From an uncultured virus (IMG/VR IMGVR_UViG_2630968701_000003) (Duplodnaviria > Heunggongvirae > Uroviricota > Caudoviricetes): a DNA stretch of 64,000 nt. A program made the position numbers and the translations under genes. Positions 17,677 through 28,500 of this stretch are shown piece after piece; the stretch's first letter is position 1; each line of letters begins with the position of its first letter. The stretch is taken from the IMG/VR virus record IMGVR_UViG_2630968701_000003. One strand, given 5' to 3'. The notes under the pieces are model-generated. The model did no database searches and was not told where the DNA came from. It saw only the letters and a program-made list of their open reading frames with translations.

Positions 17677-18684
17677 GTGAATGAATGCGAACTTGTAAAA
17701 AAGATCCTGAACCACATGAATGCAGAAGATTATAAAATCCTTATTAATAAAGTGTGGTTTCGTGGCTTTTGGGTTCCTGGAATCGCTAATCAGCGAAGTG
17801 ATAAGAAATGGCGGCCAAAAGTCGAATTTATTAATAACGATGTTGTTTTAAATAGAAAAATCCGAAAAGGTGGAAAACATAATTATGAACTATTAATTGA
17901 AGCAATGATAAAAATGGCAGAGGATCGAAATGATGAGACATATTTGCTATACAACGTAGTGAGATGGATAACAGATCCAGATTCCCATGAAGAAATTGAG
18001 GAATACTTCAATCAATTAGAAAATAAACCAAAAGACGATACAAAAAATGATTCAGAAGAAATAAAAGATACTTCTGAAAAAGATGATGTAAATGTTCAGG
18101 ATAATTTATTAAAAAAAGAAAATGAAAAGTTAAAAGCGGAAATAGATAATTGGAAAAATCGTGGAAAGAAATATAAAGAAAACATTCAGAATTTAAAAAT
18201 TAAATGCAGTAACCTGGAACAAGAAAATAACAGAGTTAAGAAAGAAAATGGAAGATTGATCAGAGAAAATAAAAAAACAAAACAGGGAAAAGATACTGTA
18301 GTAAAAGAATATAATGACAGAATCATTGCATTAAGTGTTGAAAACAGCAAATTAAAAGAGAAAATAAGAGGAAAATACAAGCCTAAGAAGAACATTGTTT
18401 TATCAAAAACATCAGGAGTTTCAGATCCGAAAGTATTATGTGTTACAAAAAATCCGGCAGATGTTTTGATCAAAGGATATAATATCTATTTTCTAACGGA
18501 TCTTGAAGAGTTAAATAAAAAGATTTATACAGAAACAGTGTTTGATCAAATCTGGTACATCAGAAGTGGGCTTACACATGCAGATTTAATCAAGGTTGCA
18601 GAAAAGTATGCTAACCAAAAAATATTACAGGCTAGGGACTGGAAAGCATTACAAAAGAAATTACAAGGAGGGGACAGGCTATGA
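17677..18684 (+). CDS. coiled-coil protein upstream of McrB (CnuA-like)
   Basis: long heptad region aa ~140-235; stop overlaps next start (ATGA); small alpha/beta C-terminal domain. Confidence 0.7.
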   Translation: MNECELVKKILNHMNAEDYKILINKVWFRGFWVPGIANQRSDKKWRPKVEFINNDVVLNRKIRKGGKHNYELLIEAMIKMAEDRNDETYLLYNVVRWITDPDSHEEIEEYFNQLENKPKDDTKNDSEEIKDTSEKDDVNVQDNLLKKENEKLKAEIDNWKNRGKKYKENIQNLKIKCSNLEQENNRVKKENGRLIRENKKTKQGKDTVVKEYNDRIIALSVENSKLKEKIRGKYKPKKNIVLSKTSGVSDPKVLCVTKNPADVLIKGYNIYFLTDLEELNKKIYTETVFDQIWYIRSGLTHADLIKVAEKYANQKILQARDWKALQKKLQGGDRL

Positions 18685-20666
18685 ATCAGGAAGATATGCA
18701 GATTATAGGGACACTGGCACTTGAAAAAGATACAAAAAGAAAAGGTGTGTTTATCAATACAAAGTCAGCAATACAGTATGTTGTTAAGTCAATGATGAGC
18801 GACTATAAATCAGATAAATTATTTACTGGATATATGAATTCATTTGAGAATGATCAGAAATTTGATGATGAATATCGTTCAGATGAAGAAAGGGTAGAAA
18901 AGTTCTGGGATCATATCTATGACAAATTGTTTATCTATAATTTCAAAGCAAATGATGGCGAATTTGAAAGAATGACAAAAGTTCATCTTGTTAATAAGCC
19001 AGTAAAATTTAATGAAGATGAATATTTTAAAGGAGTTCCGGTGTTTTCTGCTGCTACAGATGAGATCGTAAGAGAATGGGAACTGGAAAGTCAGTGGAGC
19101 TTATACAGAAACTATAATACATTAGATGAATTTTGTGATTGTATCAAAGCAAAACAGCCATTAGGAAGTACCTATGGATACGATGCAACAGAGAGTCAGC
19201 CATCATTTGTAATCTGGAAAAATCAGAATCAGAAATTGTATGTGATCGGGAAGATTGCAAATTGCCGATATAATTCGCAGCGAGGATTGATCTTAGAAAA
19301 AGAAGGACAGGAACTATTGAAAATTGATATCAGTGATCAGGCAGAAAAGATTGTCTATGATGTGGATGCTAATCCAACATTAGCTTTTGTTCCGGAAACG
19401 ATTTATAAACAGATTGAAGATCAAATTTTGAAAGCAGAAGTTGAAAGAACAAAAAAATTAGAGGCAAAGAAAAAAGAACCAGTAACAAAACAGAATCAGG
19501 AAAAGGCAGAGAGTTTTACAGAGACAGTTAATGATGCTCAGGAAGAATTAAAAGAGGTTAATACAAAAGAATACAGTGATGAGTTACTAATTCAGATGAT
19601 GGATTATCACAGTCAGAAGAGAAACTTGTTCTATAACATGAAAGATTTTGTCAATGTACATACAGCAATCAAGTGCAGCAATCTTGTAATTCTATCCGGA
19701 CTTAGTGGTACTGGGAAATCTGCTTTAGTTGAAATTTATGCAAGGGCATTAGGAATCAGAAATAACCTGGAAGATGATCGATTACTGTTTGTTCCAGTGC
19801 GACCATCTTGGAATGATGATGCCGATCTGCTTGGATATGTTGATCTGGTTCATAATGTTTATCGTCCATCAGATACCGGATTCGTTGATTTTCTGGTCAA
19901 TGCACAAAAGGAAGAAAATAAAGGAAAATTATTTATTGTCTGCTTTGATGAAATGAATCTTGCAAGAGTTGAACATTATTTCAGCCAGTTCTTATCATTA
20001 TTAGAACGTCCAGAAAATCAGAGAGAATTACAATTATATGATAGTCAGTATGCCGGACAGTTATATAATTCAGCAACATATCCAAGCAAGATTATCATCG
20101 GGGATAATATCCGATTTATTGGAACAGTTAACATCGATGAATCTACATATCATTTTTCTGATAAGGTACTGGATCGTGCTAATGTAATTGAATTAGATGT
20201 TCTGGATTATTCGAAAGAATGGACAAAGAAGCAATATGCAAGTCTGATCACACCAACATGGTCTAAAGATGAATATGATGCGTTAATCAATAAAGATGTT
20301 GATATTAAAGCAGATAAGGTGCAAGAATTATTGTGGGAAATTCACCAGCTTTTACAGTCAGCCAGTGCTAAATATGGAGTCGGACCACGAATTGTAAAAG
20401 CTATTAAAATGTACATCAATAATCTTCCTAAGACAGAGATTAATGGATTTAATAAAGGTGTAGCATTAGATTATCAGATTGCACAGAGAATATTAACAAA
20501 GGTTCGCGGACCAGAAATTCAGATTGGGCGACTGCTGAATGGAAAAAGTAATACAGGATTTAATCAAATCTTTGATAAATATAGCGAGCTATCAGATTTT
20601 AAGAAATGTAGAAAAGTAATCAGCGAAAAACAAAAGGAGTTAGGGGCATATGGATATTGTATCTAG
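18681..20666 (+). CDS. McrB-family AAA+ GTPase (NxD variant)
   Basis: GLSGTGKS, VPVRPSWND..DLLGY, FDEMNLARVEHYFSQFLS, GTVNIDEST, SDKVLDRA. Confidence 0.92.
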   Translation: MNQEDMQIIGTLALEKDTKRKGVFINTKSAIQYVVKSMMSDYKSDKLFTGYMNSFENDQKFDDEYRSDEERVEKFWDHIYDKLFIYNFKANDGEFERMTKVHLVNKPVKFNEDEYFKGVPVFSAATDEIVREWELESQWSLYRNYNTLDEFCDCIKAKQPLGSTYGYDATESQPSFVIWKNQNQKLYVIGKIANCRYNSQRGLILEKEGQELLKIDISDQAEKIVYDVDANPTLAFVPETIYKQIEDQILKAEVERTKKLEAKKKEPVTKQNQEKAESFTETVNDAQEELKEVNTKEYSDELLIQMMDYHSQKRNLFYNMKDFVNVHTAIKCSNLVILSGLSGTGKSALVEIYARALGIRNNLEDDRLLFVPVRPSWNDDADLLGYVDLVHNVYRPSDTGFVDFLVNAQKEENKGKLFIVCFDEMNLARVEHYFSQFLSLLERPENQRELQLYDSQYAGQLYNSATYPSKIIIGDNIRFIGTVNIDESTYHFSDKVLDRANVIELDVLDYSKEWTKKQYASLITPTWSKDEYDALINKDVDIKADKVQELLWEIHQLLQSASAKYGVGPRIVKAIKMYINNLPKTEINGFNKGVALDYQIAQRILTKVRGPEIQIGRLLNGKSNTGFNQIFDKYSELSDFKKCRKVISEKQKELGAYGYCI

Positions 20667-22440
20667 GACTCCATTTACCTTAAAACTTATCCAACGCTTT
20701 CCTGGTTATAAGGAAAGTGTTGGTTCTAAGTTCAGTATGAATGAACGTGATATATGGGAAAATGGATTTTATACTTTGGCAGCAGAAGAAAATGAGACAT
20801 TAGAAGTATTATTTGATTCAGCAGATAAAAACGCAAGGTTATATCTGGAAGCATTGGATGTCATGCCATATGATGATAAGAACCTGTTTGAAGATGAAGA
20901 GGGACGGTTATATCGTACCGTATCACCAGAAAGCTTTTTATTATGTTCCAGCGACAGCACAACAGATACATTAAGAGTTGACTCTTTTAAAATGTCAATT
21001 TACTGCAATGAAAAATGGTATTATGGGGTGCTAAACATCCTGCCCAAAGCAATGTCTAAAAAAGAATGGAAAATGATGAAAGATGATCTGGAAAAAGAAG
21101 TTCGTGGACTAGCTCAGGACATTATTCAGAAAAATATTGGAATTGGTAATAAAAACATAAAAATTCCTCCACGAATTCTATATGATTTCATGATTCTGAA
21201 AAAGTATTCAAAACGTGTGATCATGGCTTTAATGAATATTGCTGAAAATCCAAAATGCGAGATTGTTACGGAATATGAAAATGTATCTTTACAGAAGAAC
21301 AATGAACGTAATTTTGATGCAGCAACCATGAGAAGATACGCAACAAGATCTGGATGCGATGCCAGATGGAAGATTCCAGTCAAAAGGACATGTTATGACA
21401 TTCAGGAAAATCGCTTATTAAAAAATATGCTCCAGGAATACGATGATAAACTGGTAGAATTTATTGCTATTCTTGATAATGCGGAATCTTTTAATATGGA
21501 AGAAGAAAGTAACAAAGAAATGCTTTTAGAATTTCGAGAAACAGCAGAAAAATTAAAAAAGGTAACTGCAATCTTAAAAGCTCAGGAATGGTTTGGAAAA
21601 GTTGGGAAACTATCCGGACCTTATATTCCACATTCATTTATTCTTGATACACGCTACAATACCATTTATCAGATGCATATGGAATTAAAGCAGAATGAAG
21701 TACAGATTCATTTGAATCCAGAATTTGATTATACATGGAAGAGAAGCAGCTATCTGTATGAAATGTGGTGTTTTTTCAAAGTATGTCATTTTTGCTTTGA
21801 AAAATTAGATCTGGAATATTCTGATTGGAATTTTGATCTAAAAGGTGAAGTATTTTTTCCGTTTTTAAAAGAAGGTACTATGGTCCGCTTTTCAAACCCG
21901 GTAATCAGGGTTGATGTGGTTTATGATCAATGTTTGCCATTAGAGAAAGAAGCTACGGATATCAATCACCCATTATACATTGCAAAGCAGCATGGGGATC
22001 ACAGGAATCATAACCGCCCGGATATTGTACTTAATGTATATGACAAAGAGCGAAATGTTTATCTTGGCAGTATTATTCTGGAATGTAAATACAGAAAACT
22101 TCATTCATTTTGGAGTGAGGATTCCACACGATCAAGTAGAGGACAGTTAGAAGCTTATTATAATAATGCAAGATCTTCTCATTTATTAGCAGGATTAGGA
22201 GAGTCATTTAACATCAGGCCGATTAGTAAAGTATTGGCATTATCTCCGGATGATCGGGCAGATGGACTAGAACAGGAAGACTTTGGAATTGAAATTAAGA
22301 CCTTTAAGCCAACAGAAGATGGACGAGAAGAACATATCAATCAATGGATTTTTGAAGAAATAGTTAATTTGGAGAAACGATATGATAAATTTTGGAGAAT
22401 CATATGGCCAGATGAACAGGCGGAGGTGCATTTCGTATGA
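20650..22440 (+). CDS. McrC-like DUF2357 + PD-(D/E)XK nuclease
   Basis: YDIQENRLLK, YLYEMWCF, RPDIVL..ILECKYR; overlaps mcrB-like gene. Confidence 0.88.
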   Translation: MDIVSRTPFTLKLIQRFPGYKESVGSKFSMNERDIWENGFYTLAAEENETLEVLFDSADKNARLYLEALDVMPYDDKNLFEDEEGRLYRTVSPESFLLCSSDSTTDTLRVDSFKMSIYCNEKWYYGVLNILPKAMSKKEWKMMKDDLEKEVRGLAQDIIQKNIGIGNKNIKIPPRILYDFMILKKYSKRVIMALMNIAENPKCEIVTEYENVSLQKNNERNFDAATMRRYATRSGCDARWKIPVKRTCYDIQENRLLKNMLQEYDDKLVEFIAILDNAESFNMEEESNKEMLLEFRETAEKLKKVTAILKAQEWFGKVGKLSGPYIPHSFILDTRYNTIYQMHMELKQNEVQIHLNPEFDYTWKRSSYLYEMWCFFKVCHFCFEKLDLEYSDWNFDLKGEVFFPFLKEGTMVRFSNPVIRVDVVYDQCLPLEKEATDINHPLYIAKQHGDHRNHNRPDIVLNVYDKERNVYLGSIILECKYRKLHSFWSEDSTRSSRGQLEAYYNNARSSHLLAGLGESFNIRPISKVLALSPDDRADGLEQEDFGIEIKTFKPTEDGREEHINQWIFEEIVNLEKRYDKFWRIIWPDEQAEVHFV

Positions 22441-22778
22441 AAGAAAAAGAATTTGAAAGACGATTAGATAAAAAGATTCAAGGTCATGCGAAAATCATGT
22501 CGGATGAAAAACGGAAAAAGATACATATAGATTATGCCAAGAACCATAGTCAAAATGAACTATTTGCTGTGTGTATCGAGGAAATGAGCGAATTAACGAA
22601 ACATTTAACAAAGATCATGCGAGGAAAAGAGTCAATGAGAAATAATGCAGGATGCATTGAGGAAATGGCAGATGTTCAAATTTGTTTGAATACACTGCAA
22701 TTATATTTGGACCTTTCTGAATCTGATTTCAATTATGCAATCGATGTTAAGCTTGAGAGATATGAAGGTAGGAGGTGA
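22437..22778 (+). CDS. MazG-like nucleotide pyrophosphohydrolase
   Basis: IEEMSELTK...IEEMADVQIC EExxE/EExxD motifs. Confidence 0.8.
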   Translation: MKEKEFERRLDKKIQGHAKIMSDEKRKKIHIDYAKNHSQNELFAVCIEEMSELTKHLTKIMRGKESMRNNAGCIEEMADVQICLNTLQLYLDLSESDFNYAIDVKLERYEGRR

Positions 22779-22782
22779 TCTG

Positions 22783-23697
22783 ATGAGTAAAGATAAAAAA
22801 GAAAAGAAACGAAAAAAACGAATGAAAAAAGTCATAGCATACATTATAGCTGCAATCCTGATTATAGCTTTCAATGTTTTGTATTTGAGCAGATATTTCT
22901 TGGGAGTGTACATCAATTACAAAAGAAATGATTGGGAAACTGATCGAAATTTTTATGCAAAGAATATTAAATTGGATGATATTGAAATAGATAAAAATGG
23001 TTCAAAACAAATTGTTTATTCTTCAAAGAAATTTAGGAAGGGGAAGGCAAAGGGAAACGTATTTTACTATATAACACATAACGGAAATAAGATTTATGCA
23101 AGTATAAAAGATTACAAAAAATATGTGGCTAATTGTGATGAAGTAACTATGTATGCAAAGGATTGTCAATATTCTTATCAATCTGATAAAGGGAAGATTA
23201 ATGCAACAATGACAGGTAATCAGATTCATTTTTATCCAGTAAGTTTTTCAAAAGAAGAATTGAAGAAGATGAAAATAGATATTTGGGAAAAGTGTAAAAA
23301 TAAAATCTTTGTGAATGAATATGGAACAGATTCACATAATCATGTCATTTATCATGACTGGAAGAAACAGAAAGTTTGTACCAATTTCTTAATAAAGAAC
23401 AATGAAACAAATACATATGGAAAAGTAAAGGGAGAGAGTCTGATTACGCCGGGAAAATATGATAGATTATATCCAGATTCCGACATGTATTCTATAGATA
23501 AAGTAGAAAAATATGATCGGAAAGACAAGATGATGAATGAGGCAGCAGATTTATATTACAACAAAAAAGGAGAAAAATCTGGTTATTTTACTCTTTATGG
23601 TATGATTCTCTTTGTATTTTTAGTTCTCTTAGATCTTGTTTATACAGTTATCTTTGGAATTCCTCTCGGAGTGCTTTTCTTGATTTTTGATTGGTAA
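22783..23697 (+). CDS. membrane protein, 'DRNFY' family member 3
   Basis: AGGAGG RBS before ATG 22783; WETDRNFYAK, GESLITPGKYD; N- and C-terminal TMs. Confidence 0.78.
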   Translation: MSKDKKEKKRKKRMKKVIAYIIAAILIIAFNVLYLSRYFLGVYINYKRNDWETDRNFYAKNIKLDDIEIDKNGSKQIVYSSKKFRKGKAKGNVFYYITHNGNKIYASIKDYKKYVANCDEVTMYAKDCQYSYQSDKGKINATMTGNQIHFYPVSFSKEELKKMKIDIWEKCKNKIFVNEYGTDSHNHVIYHDWKKQKVCTNFLIKNNETNTYGKVKGESLITPGKYDRLYPDSDMYSIDKVEKYDRKDKMMNEAADLYYNKKGEKSGYFTLYGMILFVFLVLLDLVYTVIFGIPLGVLFLIFDW

Positions 23698-23728
23698 TTT
23701 GAGAATAAAGTAAAAGATAGGAGAAAAA

Positions 23729-24709
23729 ATGAAAAAAATATGGATAAAATATACACTGATCATCTTGTTCTTACTCCCATTGATTACGATGATAGTAATT
23801 AATCTTAACAGAGATAAGTTAGAAAATGATCGTAATTTTTATGGTAAAGAATGTTCAGTAGATCAATTAAAAGTAACTAAAAATGGATATGAGAAATATG
23901 AATGTAATGTCAAAAACATTACGAAAAAGAAGGAATTAGGAAAAATAAAGTATGACTATGCAGATAATGTTACACAATTTGAATTAACAGCTGCAGAATA
24001 TGAAAAATACGCAAAAGGAGTGGATGTTTTTTATATATACACTCCAGAATGTGAGCTAAAATACAAATCAAACAATGGAATTTTAACTGCTGCTTTTTCA
24101 GGAAAAGAAGAATATCTGTATCCGCATAGATTTACAGAAAATGAAATGGAAGGATTTAAGAATGTAGTAATAGAAAACAGTAAAGATAAGATATTTGCAA
24201 CATATGCTTTTGAAGCTCCTTTTGGAGCTGGTCAAACATCTGAGGGTATGCCAAAATATCAGGACAAAAAAGGACGAAAATTAACTTCCGATTTTTCAGT
24301 TTCCTTAAAGTCTGCTGATGGATTTATCGAAGGAGAAAGCATAATTAAATCAGGGAAATATGATCAATTATTTGAAGATAAAGATTTTTATCAAAAAAGT
24401 ACAACAAAAATGACTGGATTAGTAGACAAGTTCTTACTTTTTTCAGCTCGGTTGAATAAAAATTATCCAGATAGTGATGTGAATTCGTATTTTGCAATCT
24501 TATTTTCCATTTTGTTTGGATATGTATATTGTTTCAAAAAACGTGATATTGGTTTAATAGCATATGCTATTTTAGCACTATATTGTATGTTAACAGAATT
24601 TGACAGCCCAACAACACACGTAATAATTTTTGGAGCTTTTGCTATGGCATTATTATGGAATTCGAGATCAGAAGAGGCAGAGGAAGGAGAAGAAAATGCA
24701 GAAAAATAG
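23729..24709 (+). CDS. membrane protein, 'DRNFY' family member 4
   Basis: RDKLENDRNFYGK, GESIIKSGKYD; N-terminal TM and three C-terminal TMs. Confidence 0.78.
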   Translation: MKKIWIKYTLIILFLLPLITMIVINLNRDKLENDRNFYGKECSVDQLKVTKNGYEKYECNVKNITKKKELGKIKYDYADNVTQFELTAAEYEKYAKGVDVFYIYTPECELKYKSNNGILTAAFSGKEEYLYPHRFTENEMEGFKNVVIENSKDKIFATYAFEAPFGAGQTSEGMPKYQDKKGRKLTSDFSVSLKSADGFIEGESIIKSGKYDQLFEDKDFYQKSTTKMTGLVDKFLLFSARLNKNYPDSDVNSYFAILFSILFGYVYCFKKRDIGLIAYAILALYCMLTEFDSPTTHVIIFGAFAMALLWNSRSEEAEEGEENAEK

Positions 24710-25076
24710 CAACGTAGCGATATTTGCAATCCGTCCAGAGTATGCAAAAAGCATTCTGGACGGAACAAAAAAATATGAATACCGAAAAGTGGCTTGCAAA
24801 AAGCCAATTGAGAAAATGTTAATTTATGCAACCGCTCCCATAATGCAGGTTGTTGGAGAAGCTGATATTAGAGAGGTTCTAGTTGATGATCCGGAAGAAA
24901 TCTGGAATCGAACAAATGAGTTTTCAGGAATTACTAAGGATTTTTTTGATACATATTATAAGGGTAGAAATAAAGCTGTGGCATACAAAGTAGAGAATGT
25001 AAAAAAGTACATACAACCTAAAACATTAGAGGATTTTGGAGTTAGTCATGCTCCGCAATCGTTTGTGTATGTATGA
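24696..25076 (+). CDS. ASCH/PUA-like domain protein
   Basis: IFAIRPEYAKSILDGTKKYEYRK..IYATAP..VVGE..APQSFVY; AAGGAG RBS before 24696. Confidence 0.85.
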   Translation: MQKNSNVAIFAIRPEYAKSILDGTKKYEYRKVACKKPIEKMLIYATAPIMQVVGEADIREVLVDDPEEIWNRTNEFSGITKDFFDTYYKGRNKAVAYKVENVKKYIQPKTLEDFGVSHAPQSFVYV

Positions 25077-25093
25077 TAAAAGGTATGGTCTGA

Positions 25094-25315
25094 TTGATTA
25101 AAGAGAATAATATCAAAGAATATGAAGAGATAAAAGAAAAAACTAAAATTCGAACTTCATTGGAGATAGCTGCATGTTTGTTGTGCAGCAAGGTAGCAAC
25201 ACCTGCTTTTATTTCTAATATGGTAGATTTAGATGAGTTAGATATTGCTGAAAATAATACAGAAGACTATTATAAAATCAACCTCCCAGAGAGCACACCA
25301 ATGATGAGATATTAA
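25094..25315 (+). CDS. hypothetical protein
   Basis: ORF track, TTG start, weak RBS. Confidence 0.4.
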   Translation: MIKENNIKEYEEIKEKTKIRTSLEIAACLLCSKVATPAFISNMVDLDELDIAENNTEDYYKINLPESTPMMRY

Positions 25316-25321
25316 AAATAT

Positions 25322-25354
25322 AAAAGACCAGCAATGTAATATTGCTGGTCTTTT
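25322..25354 (+). terminator. intrinsic terminator (possibly bidirectional)
   Basis: aaaagaccagcaat-gtaat-attgctggtctttt perfect inverted repeat. Confidence 0.8.
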
Positions 25355-25552
25355 ACAGTTATTATTATATGAGCTAAAATATATTAATAGTTCCTTTCTA
25401 AATATTACTATAATTAATATACTTTGTCAAATCATCAAGAAAATAAATATAATTTCTAAAAAATGTAGAAGATTAGATGATAAAATGTTAAAATATAGAT
25501 ATATAAAATTAATAAAGGGCAATTGAAAAGGGTATAAAGAAAGGGGAATTAT

Positions 25553-28500
25553 ATGCAATTATCAAAATTATGTTTAGCAACAAAAAAATTTTTGTCTGCA
25601 ATGGTTATTACAACAACAGTCTTATCAACAACACCAATCCAAACGATTAATTTCAAAAAAAGCGAAACTAATGTATCCGCAGCAACTAAAAAAGAAGTGC
25701 AAAGTCCAAGGATTATTGAAGACAATTATTCAGACTCTACACAAAATGTTACGTGGGATTGTATTTATTTTGGAAGCTATCCGCAAACGGAAATTGTAGA
25801 TAAACCAGAATCAAGCGGTACACATCAAAAAATATGGGAAACAAAAGAAGATTATGAAGTTGATTCAACAATATATTCAAAATTAAAAAATTCAACTGAA
25901 TGGGATGATAATGGGGATTTATCTATTGATGGAAAAAAATATCGAAGAATAAATATGAAAAATGCGACATATAGTTCAAATGAACAAGGTTGTTATCGAT
26001 GGAATGACGAAGATACGTATCATTATTTTCGTTATGATAAAATAAAATGGAGAGTATTAGAAGTCAATGGAAATACAGCATTCTTATTAGCTGATAAAGT
26101 GTTAGATGCACAAAAATACAATAATAAAATAGAATCTATAACATGGAGCAGTAGCACTATTAGAAGTTGGTTGAATGGGTATGATTCCATGGAAAATTCA
26201 CAAAAAAAAGATTATACAAAAGTAAATTTTAAAAATGAGGCATTTTCGAATGAAGAAGCAGCAGCAATTGAGAAGAAAGAAGTAACTGATAATACAGATC
26301 AAACAGAAAGCAAGAACGATACAAAAGATCAAATCTTTTTGTTGTCAAAAGAAGAAACTTCAAATAATAAAGCAAAAAATTATGGATTTCTTAGTAATGG
26401 ATCAGGATATGATAATGCTAGAAAATGTAAAAGTAGTACCTATGCGAAAGCAATGGGAACTTTATCTAATTTCATGTTGCATGATCATGGAAATTGTTTA
26501 TGGTGGTTACGTACTCCAGGAATTAATTCTTATTATGCATCAGATATAGATTATTATGGATATTCTGGCGGAGGTGTTCCTATTGAAGCTGGATCTGTAG
26601 GTGTTCGGCCAGCCTTAAAAATGGATCTTTCTAATACTGATTTATGGTCTTATGCTGGAACAATATCTTGTAATAATACGAATAACGAAAACAAAAAATA
26701 TGATCTGGAACAAATACAATTAGTAGATGCAAATAATAAACAAGTTTCTGAAAGCTCGGATGAATATAAAAGAATTATATATCTTGCATTAGCAAAATTT
26801 GTTTACAATAAGGATATAGATAAAAATATAGGAAAATCAATTCATGATATAATGATTAGTAATGATACAATATATTATGATTATAAAATACAAGATAAAA
26901 AGTTTAAAAGTGTAAAAAAATATGACGAGCCTTTATGGAAAGGTTCAAAGTTGACATATCGACAATTTTATAATTCTTTTGTTGGAGATTGGAAGATAAT
27001 AGATTATGAAAATGACAATGAAGATGTATCTACTGATAAAAAAAATACAGGATTTGTTGGAACAGCTTTTCAAAATGGAAATGACATTATTATTTCATAT
27101 ACAGGAAGCGAAGGATTAGATGTCACTTTAGATAAATATGGAAACATATCACTCAGACCAGACTGGGATACAGATATGTCGTTTGCATTATATAATGAAT
27201 TATCAGAACAGTTTGATAAGGCAGAACAATTTTATAAAAAGATTCGAGAAAAATATCCTAATGCAAATATCAGTTTTACAGGACATTCATTAGGTGGTGC
27301 ATTGGCAGGATATGAAGGGATATTAACAGGAAAAAGAGCATGGACATTTGATAGTGCAGTAGGGTATGTAACTGATCTTACATATATGTATAAAGCAGAA
27401 GAAATAAAAAATTTTGAGGGAATTGATAAAACCAGTGTAGTAAATTTTACAGACCAAAAAAGTAAATATACACTTTCTGATATTATTCAACATACATGTC
27501 AAGATAGTTATAAATTAGTTGAAAACAAAACAGCTAATAATGAGGTATATGAAGATAATAGTATATGGGGTGATAAAAATACGCCAGCAAGTGGGTATAC
27601 GCATAAAATTTTAACATCATTAGAAGAAGTAAATAATAACAAAATAAAGTTTACTAAAACAACAACATATGTTCCACAATATGTATTTTCTAAAAAGATA
27701 AAAAATAATTTCTTTTCATCTAATTTATATGAAATACTTTCTAATTTAAAAAAACCAGAAGAAATACCTAGTAAAATATTAATAACAGCTATAAAAGGAT
27801 GGTTAATTCCAAAAGGTAGAGTTATGGTTGGAACAAGCAAAAATGATACGATTACTGCACCAATAAACTTTAATGTTAGTGATATATTGAAAGTAAATAC
27901 TACTATATATGGTGGAAATGGTACAGATGATTTAACGGGATCTTCTGGAAATGATTGTATTATTGCAGGTAAATTAGGGAATAAAAAATTAGATGGACAA
28001 ACAGGAGAAGATATTTATTTAATTAACCCTAATGAGGGGAAAGATATTACAATTCACGATTGTTTAGGAATTAATACAATTAAATTAGATGGATATGATA
28101 ATTTAAAGTTATCTGACATAACATTTATGGGAAAAGATACTATGTATATTGCTAAAACAAAACAAACAATTAATTTGAAACGTATATTTGTAAATTTGTC
28201 CAAATTTAATGTATTGTTAAATAATAAAACCTATACTTGGGAAGAACTTCAAAAAAATACACTAAATATGAATTCGCAAAAAACACGTTATTCAAATTAT
28301 AAAACAACATCTAATGAAATTAATAAAATTCAAGTAATAGAAATTGATGGAAAAGCCAAACTACATGTTTATGATAAAAATGGAAAATTAGTTAATACAT
28401 TTTCCAATATAGAAGATTGTACAAAAAATATATATAAAGATTATGGATATTTTTATACTTATAATAATAAAAATGGAGCTAGATTGATTGCATATTTAAT

